A stretch of 32,000 nucleotides of DNA from Candidatus Arthromitus sp. SFB-mouse-Japan (GTDB taxonomy: Bacteria > Bacillota > Clostridia > Clostridiales > Clostridiaceae). Under the pieces are notes generated by a model. The model saw only the letters and a program-made list of their open reading frames with translations, was not told the origin of the DNA and searched no databases. The stretch lies in assembly GCF_000270205.1 (NCBI RefSeq), contig NC_015913.1, positions 300,001-332,000 of the forward strand, given 5' to 3'. Both the position numbers and the translations under genes were made by a program. Shown piece after piece: positions 19,465 to 27,758 of this stretch; within the stretch, counting starts at the first letter, position 1; each line of letters begins with the position of its first letter.

Positions 19465-20967
19465 ATGAAATTTAGGAAAATTATTAAGTTTAATTTTATA
19501 TTACTTTTCATGTATTTAATTATTAATGTTATGTCTTGTTCTACATTTAATGCAAGTTTAGATAGTTTGCTTGTAGCACCTAAGGTTGAGAATATTTTAG
19601 TTAAAGGTACATGGAATCTCGATAGTTTTTATTATATGTATAATAAAAATACTGGGATTACGCCTAAAATTCCTTCAGATAGTTATTTATTTATATCTGA
19701 TTATTACTTAAGGATTAATGATTTATTATTTGAGTATGATACGTTTAAAGTAAAGACATTTATGCTAAGCGACTATATGAGAGTCAAGTTTAAGATAGAT
19801 GATTTTTCTTTTTTAAACCTTGAGGATAAGAGTGTAAATATTTTTACTATACAAGATGAAGATAAGAATATGCATGAATTTATAAAGTACGATGATGACA
19901 CTATATTGTTTTATTATGATGATGATATTATGTACTCTTTTAAGAAAGTTAGCAATAAAATAGATACTGAGATTGAGGGATTTGTTAAAGATAATTTAAA
20001 GAATAATGTAATTACATATGATGGAGAGTACATGAATAATGTTGGATTTTTAATATCATTTAGATCTGAAAGAAAAGTTACGGATCATTCTATTCCAAAA
20101 AGTGTTTATAAAAGTATATGGGTATATCAGAATAATGATGGAACTTATGCGCATAAGGTATTTGATGATATAATTGTGCCAAAAGATGGTAAGATACTAA
20201 ATATAAGTGTTGAGTCTAGCGATAAGAATGATTTATATGAAAAAATAGCTATTGATGATTTATTATCTGATGATGTATTTATTTTGGATGGTGATAATAA
20301 TACAAATGAGGAATTTATAAATCAATTTATAGATATTACATATGTTAATGAAAATTATATTGGTATAAATTATGATCAAAATATAGAATATTTAGGTAAT
20401 ATTAATATAGATAAATGTGCTATGTTATCTATTGATGATCCTGTTATTGAGAGAAGACTTAAATTTTCAGATATATTCCAAAAGAGTGTTAAGATATTTT
20501 ATAATAGTTATTATAAATTTATAAATTTACTTAAAAAGGTAAATTTAGATGCTTATGATACGGAACCTAGAGAAGATAGCTTTAAGCTTGAGAGATATGG
20601 TGGAGATTGGTTTTTGAAGGGGAGAGTTAACACAAAATTACCAAGCAGTACTCTTAAGCCACTTGATTTTGATATAGAGCTATTACCTAATAAAAAACTT
20701 ATTAGTGAGAATAACGTATCTGCAAATCTTGGACAAATAAAACTTAGGAACCCAGAAGCAAGAGATGCATTTATGTCTCCAGATAGAGATCTTGTAGTAA
20801 TTTTGACATCTACAACTATGGGAGTTTATAAAATTATTGGAGATAAGATAAGTAATAATGCAATTTTAGAACTATCTATAGATTCTGGAGACAATGTTAT
20901 ATTGGGTGAGTGGTATACTGGAGATAAGGCGGTAGAAGTTGAGTTATTGCTTGAAAAGTTAGAATAA
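19465..20967 (+). CDS. putative lipoprotein of unknown function, coupled to the kinase gene
   Basis: Signal peptide with a lipobox-like ...LIINVMS-C-STF. AGGAG RBS 9 nt after the kinase stop. I recognise no catalytic motif in the 500-aa product. Confidence 0.6.
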   Translation: MKFRKIIKFNFILLFMYLIINVMSCSTFNASLDSLLVAPKVENILVKGTWNLDSFYYMYNKNTGITPKIPSDSYLFISDYYLRINDLLFEYDTFKVKTFMLSDYMRVKFKIDDFSFLNLEDKSVNIFTIQDEDKNMHEFIKYDDDTILFYYDDDIMYSFKKVSNKIDTEIEGFVKDNLKNNVITYDGEYMNNVGFLISFRSERKVTDHSIPKSVYKSIWVYQNNDGTYAHKVFDDIIVPKDGKILNISVESSDKNDLYEKIAIDDLLSDDVFILDGDNNTNEEFINQFIDITYVNENYIGINYDQNIEYLGNINIDKCAMLSIDDPVIERRLKFSDIFQKSVKIFYNSYYKFINLLKKVNLDAYDTEPREDSFKLERYGGDWFLKGRVNTKLPSSTLKPLDFDIELLPNKKLISENNVSANLGQIKLRNPEARDAFMSPDRDLVVILTSTTMGVYKIIGDKISNNAILELSIDSGDNVILGEWYTGDKAVEVELLLEKLE

Positions 20968-20985
20968 ATATAGGGGTGATTTTTA

Positions 20986-21564
20986 ATGATAGAGTTAGAT
21001 TTGAGGAAAAAGAGTTGTCCTATCCCATTAGTTGAGACAAGGAAATTTATTAATAATAATAAGAATGTTGATTTTAAGATAATACTTGACAATGAAGTAT
21101 CATTTATTAATATTAAAAAGTTTTTAGAGAACAACAAAATAAATTATTCATCCAATAAGAGTGGTAATGATTTTTTGTTTGAAGTTATTTTTGATGGGAA
21201 TGAACAATTATCTAAAAATGATTTCCAAATAAATAATTTTACAATATTAGTTATGAGTGAGCTTTTTGGAAATGGATCAGATGAATTGTCAAATGTATTG
21301 ATGAAGTCTTATTTCTATGCATTAGATGAGAGTATAACTCTACCGAGTAATATTATATTTATAAATTCAGGAGTTAAACTTCTTACGAATGAGAATATAA
21401 TAAAAAATATAGATTCTTTGAGAGAAAAGGGAGTAAGTATATATTATTGTGGTATTTGTGTAGATTATTATAGTATTAAGGATAAAGTAAGACTTGATGA
21501 AATAACAAATATGTACTCTATAATAGATATATTAAATAATAGTGATAATGTTATTAGAATATAA
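20986..21564 (+). CDS. yedF: YedF-type protein: N-terminal TusA/SirA-like domain fused to a DsrE-like domain (sulfur/selenium relay family)
   Basis: The TusA signature LDLRKKSCPIPLVETRK contains the CP(x)P cysteine motif. The C-terminal half (ILVMSELFGNGSDELSNVLMKSYFYAL..IIFINSGVKLL..GVSIYYCGICVDYY) has the DsrE/YedF-like pattern. At ~190 aa it fits the long YedF family. Confidence 0.6.
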   Translation: MIELDLRKKSCPIPLVETRKFINNNKNVDFKIILDNEVSFINIKKFLENNKINYSSNKSGNDFLFEVIFDGNEQLSKNDFQINNFTILVMSELFGNGSDELSNVLMKSYFYALDESITLPSNIIFINSGVKLLTNENIIKNIDSLREKGVSIYYCGICVDYYSIKDKVRLDEITNMYSIIDILNNSDNVIRI

Positions 21565-21570
21565 ATAATC

Positions 21571-21612
21571 TTAAGCAAGGATATTAATTTATCTTTGCTT
21601 AAATTGTTTTTT
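21571..21612. terminator. bidirectional hairpin between convergent yedF-like and rusA-like genes
   Basis: Stem TTAAGCAAGG (21571-21580) / CTTTGCTTAA (21593-21602): 8 Watson-Crick pairs, then a G.U and a G-C. A T-run follows on the + strand. The 3' arm overlaps the stop codon of the - strand gene. Confidence 0.55.
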
Positions 21613-22213
21613 TAAGACATTTTTTACATAAAATTAAGTTTGAGTTTGATATTTTTACAAAATCATTATTTTTTATGATATTTTCACAGACATAGCAAAT
21701 TATTTTGTCTTTATCTAATAATATATTATCTTTTTCTAAAGGAACTCTTTTTGATTTAGATCTAGTATATAATACCTTATTTAATGGGATTTCTCTTTTT
21801 TTGATAGTTATGTCTATATCATATAAATGATTTTCAAAAAGAGTTAATTCAAATCTTGGGTTTTCTCTATCATAAAACTCTTCTATAAATAGTTTTGTTA
21901 TTTGAGAATCATTTAGTATTATTCCACTTTTTTCGATTCCATCACAAATACTTTTTGTTATGTTATTTGTATCTGGATGTTTTTTTTCATATTTGTAAAA
22001 AACCTTAAGTATTGCTGTTAGAGATGTATTAAATTTTATATTTGGATATTGTTTTTTGATTTCGTATGCTATATGTTCTTCATAAATTCCATACCTATCG
22101 TAATAATTTCCAGTATTATTTGGCAATATATATCTTCCATATTTTGAGTTGAGTTTGAAATTTGATTTGGATATAGGAGTTCCTAAAACAGTTATTTTAA
22201 CTATATTTTCCAT
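21599..22213 (-). CDS. RusA-family Holliday-junction resolvase homologue with a C-terminal CxxC...CxxC extension
   Basis: N-terminus ITVLGTPISKSN.. The core HPDTNNITKSICDGIEKSGIILNDSQI aligns with the RusA motif [26 protein letters not shown]. The C-terminal ~80 aa contain CYVC..(21 aa)..CKKC. AAGGAG RBS 5 nt upstream of the ATG. Confidence 0.65.
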   Translation of the reverse strand: MENIVKITVLGTPISKSNFKLNSKYGRYILPNNTGNYYDRYGIYEEHIAYEIKKQYPNIKFNTSLTAILKVFYKYEKKHPDTNNITKSICDGIEKSGIILNDSQITKLFIEEFYDRENPRFELTLFENHLYDIDITIKKREIPLNKVLYTRSKSKRVPLEKDNILLDKDKIICYVCENIIKNNDFVKISNSNLILCKKCLKKTI

Positions 22214-22249
22214 AAATTCTCCTTAAAGAAAAGATTTAGAATATTTAGT

Positions 22250-22278
22250 TTGATAATAAAAAAATTTTTAATTATAAT
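22250..22278 (+). promoter_or_regulatory. near-consensus promoter for tsaD operon: TTGATA (22250-22255), 17 nt, TATAAT (22273-22278)
   Basis: Hexamers and spacing read directly from the sequence. It lies ~65 nt upstream of the tsaD ATG. Confidence 0.6.
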
Positions 22279-22344
22279 ATTAATATAGGATATAATAAAA
22301 ATTGGAAATTTTCAAATTTTATATTTTAGAAAGAGGTTTAACTA

Positions 22345-23349
22345 ATGAATGATATATTAGTTTTATCAATAGAAACAAGTTGTGATGAAACATCTATTGC
22401 AGTAGTTAAAAATGGAAGAGATATATTATCAAATAAAATTTTATCTCAAATAAATATACATAATGAATTTGGCGGCGTTGTTCCAGAAATTGCATCAAGA
22501 AAGCACCTAGAAGCTATAAATATAGTTTTATATGAGGCATTAAAAGAGGCAAATGTGGAGTTAAATGATATAGATTTAATAGCTTCTACATATGGACCTG
22601 GACTTGTCGGTGCATTATTAGTTGGACTTCAATATGCTAAAGGATTGAGTTATGCTTTAAATAAAGATTTCATCGGGGTAAATCATATAGAAGGACATAT
22701 AAGTTCTTGTTATTTAGAGCATAAGGATTTAGAACCACCTTTTATGAGTTTGGTTATATCTGGGGGACACACTATATTATTAAATGTAAATGATTATGGA
22801 ATATATGATAAGATTGCTGAAACTCGAGATGATGCAATTGGAGAAGTTTTTGATAAGGTTGCTAGGAAATTAGGATTATCTTATCCTGGTGGACCGAATA
22901 TAGAACGACTTGCAAAATTTGGAGATGAAGATGCAATTAAATTTCCTAAAAGTAGATTTGAGGATGATACCTTAGATTTTTCTTATAGTGGTATTAAATC
23001 CTCGGTTCTTAATTATATAAATCATTGTAATTTAAAAGATGTAGAGTTAAATAAAGAAGATATATGTGCTTCTTTCCAAAAAACTTCAGTTGATATGTTA
23101 ATTGAAAATGTTGAAAAAGCCTTTAAAAGATATGGAGGTAAAAAGCTTTGTATTGTTGGAGGAGTTTCTTCTAATAATTATTTGAGAAATAGATTTTTAA
23201 GTTATTTTAAGGATATTGAGATATACTATCCAAGTAAGGAGTTATGTACAGATAATGGGGCTATGATTGCATCTGCTGCTTACTATTCGTTTTTAAAAAA
23301 TGGAAAAAGTGATTATACACTTAATGTATCATCTAGTGTAAAATTTTAG
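22345..23349 (+). CDS. tsaD: tRNA N6-adenosine threonylcarbamoyltransferase TsaD (Kae1/Gcp family)
   Basis: [15 protein letters not shown]-terminus, metal-binding NHIEGHI motif, [18 protein letters not shown], and CTDNGAMIA near the C-terminus. Confidence 0.95.
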   Translation: MNDILVLSIETSCDETSIAVVKNGRDILSNKILSQINIHNEFGGVVPEIASRKHLEAINIVLYEALKEANVELNDIDLIASTYGPGLVGALLVGLQYAKGLSYALNKDFIGVNHIEGHISSCYLEHKDLEPPFMSLVISGGHTILLNVNDYGIYDKIAETRDDAIGEVFDKVARKLGLSYPGGPNIERLAKFGDEDAIKFPKSRFEDDTLDFSYSGIKSSVLNYINHCNLKDVELNKEDICASFQKTSVDMLIENVEKAFKRYGGKKLCIVGGVSSNNYLRNRFLSYFKDIEIYYPSKELCTDNGAMIASAAYYSFLKNGKSDYTLNVSSSVKF

Positions 23350-23366
23350 AAATAGGGTAGTATTGT

Positions 23367-24389
23367 ATGAAGTTTATAGAGCATTCTAATTCTGTATATA
23401 AAAGTAATAAAAAATTTATAAGCCCTAAACAAAAAAAAATTAGGAGAATTATTCTAGAGCTTAGTATTTTTGTTGTAATATTATCTATTTTGTTAGGAAT
23501 TTTAAGTGAGGTTATACAGAGTAATAATACACTTTCATCATTAAAAAAATCTCATAGGCTTAGTGGATATGGTGAATATAAGATAGCTTATGCTGTATCT
23601 GGCATTGGAGATAATTTAGTATTGTTTGAGTCAGATATTGGGGAAACGCTTCTTGAATGGAATCCCATAGTAAGAGATGCTATAAGCGGTGTTAAAATGC
23701 TTTACTATGATAGATTTGGATATGGTGGAAGTGAAAAATACAAAGATAAAACATCTGTAGATACACAGGTTGATGTATTAAATAATCTTATAATTAATAC
23801 GGGATATGATGGAAAACAGATACTTGTTAGCGAAGGATATGGTTCTCTTATACACATGGAGTATTTGGATAAATATAAGGATAAGGTAGGAGGAGTTATA
23901 TTTATCAATCCCACTATATTTAATCATAGTGGGATTAACAATTCTGAAAAAATTAAGAATGAAGTACTTGGTATGTACTTTAAGTTAATCGCAACGCTTA
24001 ATATTCCAAAGTTATTAGATAAGTTTTCTTGTTTGGATAATAGATTTATAGATTTATATAGAGAATCAGCTATATCGAGAAATCTAGATAATTATTTAAG
24101 CAGAATGATGAGTAGGGATTACTATAATACGGTTTATAATGAGGTTAAGATTAGGGATAAGTATTTATCAAATATAGATTTATCTAAATTTGGAACATAT
24201 GATTTGCCTGTGATAGTTATAGAATCGGAGAGTAACAGGAACAGCGAATATGAACGAATGCTTAAGAGTCATTTTAGTAATTTAGAGATAATATATTTTG
24301 AGACAATTGATGATTTTACATACAATCATTCAGATTATTTAAAAAACTTAATTAAAAATATGAACTCAAGATTAGTAGAGTATAATTAA
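23367..24389 (+). CDS. membrane-anchored alpha/beta-hydrolase-fold protein, apparently lacking the nucleophile serine
   Basis: N-terminal TM segment ILELSIFVVILSILLGIL. The fold pattern ..LVLFESDIGE..W..MLYYDRFGYGGSEK..QILVSEGYGSLIHMEY..GVIFINP resembles ..LLHG.G..W..D.RG.G.S....LVGHSMGG. SEGYGS occupies the position of GHSMGG. Confidence 0.55.
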   Translation: MKFIEHSNSVYKSNKKFISPKQKKIRRIILELSIFVVILSILLGILSEVIQSNNTLSSLKKSHRLSGYGEYKIAYAVSGIGDNLVLFESDIGETLLEWNPIVRDAISGVKMLYYDRFGYGGSEKYKDKTSVDTQVDVLNNLIINTGYDGKQILVSEGYGSLIHMEYLDKYKDKVGGVIFINPTIFNHSGINNSEKIKNEVLGMYFKLIATLNIPKLLDKFSCLDNRFIDLYRESAISRNLDNYLSRMMSRDYYNTVYNEVKIRDKYLSNIDLSKFGTYDLPVIVIESESNRNSEYERMLKSHFSNLEIIYFETIDDFTYNHSDYLKNLIKNMNSRLVEYN

Positions 24390-24413
24390 GAATTAATGAA
24401 AGAGGAGTTAAAT

Positions 24414-25634
24414 ATGGATAATAATTTTGATGAGAGGGAGTATAGTACTGTTTCGCAGAATAATAGAGATACTATTCCTGAGGTAAGTAACAAGATAGTA
24501 TTAGCTAATAATAGGAGGAGGGGAAGTGGTTTTAGTGGTAAGTTTGTTATTTTAATAGTTATCATATGTGTTTTATGTAGTTCTATATTGGGTAGTTTGT
24601 TCACTTTATATATAGCTCCTAATTTTTCTTTTTTCCAGGGAACACCACTTTATAGTCAAATAGGAGGATATAAAACTCAATATGTCGGTCCTACATATTT
24701 TGAAGATGAGAAGGATTCGTTAACTGTAACAGAAATTGTAAATAGAGTTGGTCCAGCAGTAGTAGGTGTTAGTACAAAATCGATTGTTGATAGAGGATTT
24801 TTTGGACTTCAGCAACAAGAAGGGATAGGATCTGGATTCATTATAAATGAAGAAGGACATATTTTGACCAACTATCATGTTATAGAGGGAGCTCAGACCG
24901 TAAAAATAATATTCTATGATGGTACTGAAACTGATGGTAAAGTCATAAATTACGATGAATTAAATGATATTGCATTAATTAAACTTACAGATTCTACGGT
25001 TACAGTACCAGCTACCGTTTCTCTTGGAGATTCAGATGAATTATTAGTTGGTGAGTCTGTTGTTGCTATAGGATCGCCACTTGGAAAAGAATTTATAGGA
25101 ACGACAACTAAAGGTATAGTGAGTGCTCTTGATAGAGATGTTCCAATTAATGGCAAAACTTTAAAATTACTTCAAACTGATACAGCGATAAACCCTGGAA
25201 ATAGTGGAGGACCTCTTATAAATTCAAGAGGTGAGGTTATAGGAATAAATACAGCAAAATATGATAATACTGGAACAACAAGTGTTGAAGGAATAGGTTT
25301 TGCTATACCTATAAATCAAGCTAAACAAAAATTAGATGAATTATCTAAGCCTATTTTAAGAATTGGAATTAGGGGTAGAGTTATTGATCAGAGTATGTCT
25401 AGCAACTTGAATTTACCTGAGGGTATATATGTAGTAGAAGTTGAGAGTTTTTCAAATGCTGAGAAAGCTGGTATAAAATCAGGAGATGTTATTTTAAAAT
25501 TTGGTGGGAATGATGTTAAGACATTTGATGATATTAATAGTGTAAAAGCTAATCATAATGTTGGTGATACTATTAAAGTTGTTGTTTATAGAAATGGATC
25601 TAATCAAGAAATTGATTTAGTTTTGAATGAATAG
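24414..25634 (+). CDS. htrA: HtrA/DegP-family serine protease with one PDZ domain and an N-terminal membrane anchor
   Basis: Catalytic triad context: TNYHVIEGA (His), NDIALIKL (Asp), NPGNSGGPL (Ser). PDZ segment GIYVVEVESFSNAEKAGIKSGDVILKFGG. I chose the ATG at 24414 because of AGAGGAG 6 nt upstream. An in-frame ATG at 24396 is the alternative. Confidence 0.9.
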   Translation: MDNNFDEREYSTVSQNNRDTIPEVSNKIVLANNRRRGSGFSGKFVILIVIICVLCSSILGSLFTLYIAPNFSFFQGTPLYSQIGGYKTQYVGPTYFEDEKDSLTVTEIVNRVGPAVVGVSTKSIVDRGFFGLQQQEGIGSGFIINEEGHILTNYHVIEGAQTVKIIFYDGTETDGKVINYDELNDIALIKLTDSTVTVPATVSLGDSDELLVGESVVAIGSPLGKEFIGTTTKGIVSALDRDVPINGKTLKLLQTDTAINPGNSGGPLINSRGEVIGINTAKYDNTGTTSVEGIGFAIPINQAKQKLDELSKPILRIGIRGRVIDQSMSSNLNLPEGIYVVEVESFSNAEKAGIKSGDVILKFGGNDVKTFDDINSVKANHNVGDTIKVVVYRNGSNQEIDLVLNE

Positions 25635-25636
25635 AG

Positions 25637-25670
25637 AAAAAGCATAGTGCAAATATTGTACTATGCTTTT
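25637..25670. terminator. bidirectional intrinsic terminator between convergent htrA and ABC-F genes
   Basis: AAAAGCATAGTGCA (25637-25650) pairs with TGTACTATGCTTTT (25657-25670) with one G.U. An A-run and a T-run flank the stem, so it can act on both strands. Confidence 0.75.
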
Positions 25671-25677
25671 AAATTTT

Positions 25678-27582
25678 TTAAATTAAGTTTTCCCATTCCT
25701 CGTATAGAGAAGATAAGTTGTTTTTGAGAGATGTTATTTCTTTATTTACTTCACTTAATTTTTCATAATTAGAGTAGATTTCTTCAAGTGACAAACTTTC
25801 TTGAAGTATAGAGATATTTTCTTCAATTTTATTAATTTCACTTTCAATTTTGGATAATTTTTTTATCACCTCTTTCCCTTTTTTGTTCTTTTGATGAATT
25901 TTATTTTTGTTTTTTGATTTTGTTTTACCATATCTTGAATTAACAGTATCTTCTACTAATTTAATAGAATCTTCTTTAGTTAATAAATTTTGTCGTGATA
26001 TATAATAATCATAATTTCCTAAGTATTCTATAAGGGAATTATTTTTAAATTCATATATTATATTTGAAATCTTGTTTAAGAAATATCTATCATGGGATAT
26101 TATAAGGCAAGTTCCCTCAAAGTTAATTATAGCATCTTCTAGTATTTCTCTTGTGTATATATCTAAATGATTTGTTGGTTCATCCATAAAGAGTACATTT
26201 GAATTAGATAATATTATTTTTAAAAGGTTTAATCTACATTTTTCTCCACCACTTAAAAGAGAAATTTCTTTATGTATATCATCATTTTTAAATAGAAAAT
26301 TTGATAAATGGCGTCTTATAACTTGTGTTGTTATATGAGGGAATGAATCTCTTATTTCTTTAAATATGGTTTTATTTTTATTTAAATCTGATTGTTCTTG
26401 ATCATAATATGTAATATTTAGCCCACTTCCATAAATTATTTCCCCTGAGCTTGGAGGTATTTTCTTACAAAGTATTTTAAAAAAAGTAGTTTTACCTATT
26501 CCGTTTTCTCCTATGATAGCTATTTTTTGATTTTTTGTGACACATAGGTTTATATTTTCAAATATTTTCTTATCTCCATAATATTTTGTTAGATTTTTTA
26601 CTAGTAAAATATCATTTCCTGTTTTTTCAAAAAATTCGAATTTTATATCACGTATTTTGTTTATTGATTCAGGTTTATCTATCAGATCGATTTTGTTTAA
26701 TCGTTTTTCTCTACTATCAGCTGCTTTGATTCTCTTTTTACTATAACACGCTCTATAGTTTTTAATGATTTCAAGTTCTCTATTAACAAATTTTTGCTGG
26801 ACATTATATTTGTGTAGTAGAGTGTCAACATAGTTTTTTTTAAGATTTATAAATTTTGTGTAGTTTGAGTTAAATGTAAGTATATTTTTATTTTCGAGTT
26901 CAAAAATATGGGTTACTATTTTATCTAAGAAATATCTATCATGAGATACAACTACAATTGTGCCCTTGTAATTTTTTAGGTAATTTTCAAACCATTCAAT
27001 AGAATCGAGATCTAAGTGATTAGTTGGTTCGTCGAGAAGGAGTATATCGGGTTTTTTTAATAATAGTTTAGCTAAATCAAGTCTCTTTTTTTCCCCACCG
27101 CTTAAATGTTTTGAGGATCTATGCATTTTTTCATTATCAAATTTTAAGTAATTTAAGATTTTTATTGTTTCAGTTTTATATGTATAACCGCCATTATCAT
27201 TAAATTTTGCCATAAGATCAGTGTATTCTAGTATCAAATTTTCATCTTGACTTTTTTGAAGAAGTAATTCTAGCTCATGTAATCTGTTTTCCATTTTTAT
27301 AAGATTATTAAATACATCTAAGGCATTTTCATATATGGATAAATTGGGATTTAATTTAGAATTTTGATTTAAATATCCAATGGTTTTATGTTTATTTATA
27401 AATATTTCCCCAGAATCATTGGATATTTCTTTTGTTAATATTTTTAGGAGAGTTGACTTACCTCCACCATTTTGGCCAATTAATCCAACTTTGTCTCCTT
27501 CATTAATATTGAAAGATACATTTGAAAGTACTTCTTTAACACCATAACTTTTATAAAGATTTTTAGTACTTATTACAAGCAT
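25678..27582 (-). CDS. ABC-F family ATPase (two ABC domains, no TM domain, C-terminal coiled coil; Uup/YdiF-like)
   Basis: Walker A GQNGGGKST and GENGIGKTT. Signatures LSGGEKKRL and LSGGEKCRL. Walker B LLLDEPTNHLD and LFMDEPTNHLD. A ~75-aa inter-domain linker and a K/E-rich C-terminal tail. Confidence 0.9.
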   Translation of the reverse strand: MLVISTKNLYKSYGVKEVLSNVSFNINEGDKVGLIGQNGGGKSTLLKILTKEISNDSGEIFINKHKTIGYLNQNSKLNPNLSIYENALDVFNNLIKMENRLHELELLLQKSQDENLILEYTDLMAKFNDNGGYTYKTETIKILNYLKFDNEKMHRSSKHLSGGEKKRLDLAKLLLKKPDILLLDEPTNHLDLDSIEWFENYLKNYKGTIVVVSHDRYFLDKIVTHIFELENKNILTFNSNYTKFINLKKNYVDTLLHKYNVQQKFVNRELEIIKNYRACYSKKRIKAADSREKRLNKIDLIDKPESINKIRDIKFEFFEKTGNDILLVKNLTKYYGDKKIFENINLCVTKNQKIAIIGENGIGKTTFFKILCKKIPPSSGEIIYGSGLNITYYDQEQSDLNKNKTIFKEIRDSFPHITTQVIRRHLSNFLFKNDDIHKEISLLSGGEKCRLNLLKIILSNSNVLFMDEPTNHLDIYTREILEDAIINFEGTCLIISHDRYFLNKISNIIYEFKNNSLIEYLGNYDYYISRQNLLTKEDSIKLVEDTVNSRYGKTKSKNKNKIHQKNKKGKEVIKKLSKIESEINKIEENISILQESLSLEEIYSNYEKLSEVNKEITSLKNNLSSLYEEWENLI

Positions 27583-27758
27583 GGTTTCACCTACAATTAC
27601 ATAAATTTTAATAAATTAGATTATAATAAACTTACATATAATTTTAAATATACATTGCGTAAAAATTATATTTTCTGTTATTATATTTCTATATCGATGT
27701 TTAATTATACCAGGAAAAATGTTTATACGCAATTTTGAAGAAGGGGGATGGAAAATTT

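Noticed and set aside
20826-21137. Antisense or overlapping ORFs: 20826-21137(-), 23705-23914(-), 24386-24604(-), 24950-25156(-), 30949-31173(-)
   Set aside because: Each lies opposite or across well-supported genes with recognisable domains and lacks an RBS. Their products are low-complexity L/S/I-rich, typical of the antisense frame of AT-rich genes.
21599-22213. RusA-like gene as evidence of a prophage or phage remnant island
   Set aside because: No integrase, terminase, capsid, repressor or att-like repeats are nearby. The flanking genes are yedF-like and tsaD. One gene is not enough to call a mobile element.
25678-27582. ABC-F protein as an antibiotic-resistance (ARE) ribosomal-protection factor
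   Set aside because: Subfamily assignment needs linker or phylogenetic analysis that I cannot do by eye. The upstream region on the - strand leaves only a short leader (~35 nt from the TATAAT around 27621-27626), without the long attenuator or leader-peptide region typical of inducible ARE genes. Only the generic ABC-F call is supported.
27735-27758. TTG start for nanE at 27735, and the ATG at 24396 for htrA
   Set aside because: The downstream in-frame ATGs (27759 and 24414) have well-spaced purine-rich RBSs (AAGGGGGA and AGAGGAG). The upstream starts do not. The difference is only 8 and 6 codons and remains uncertain.
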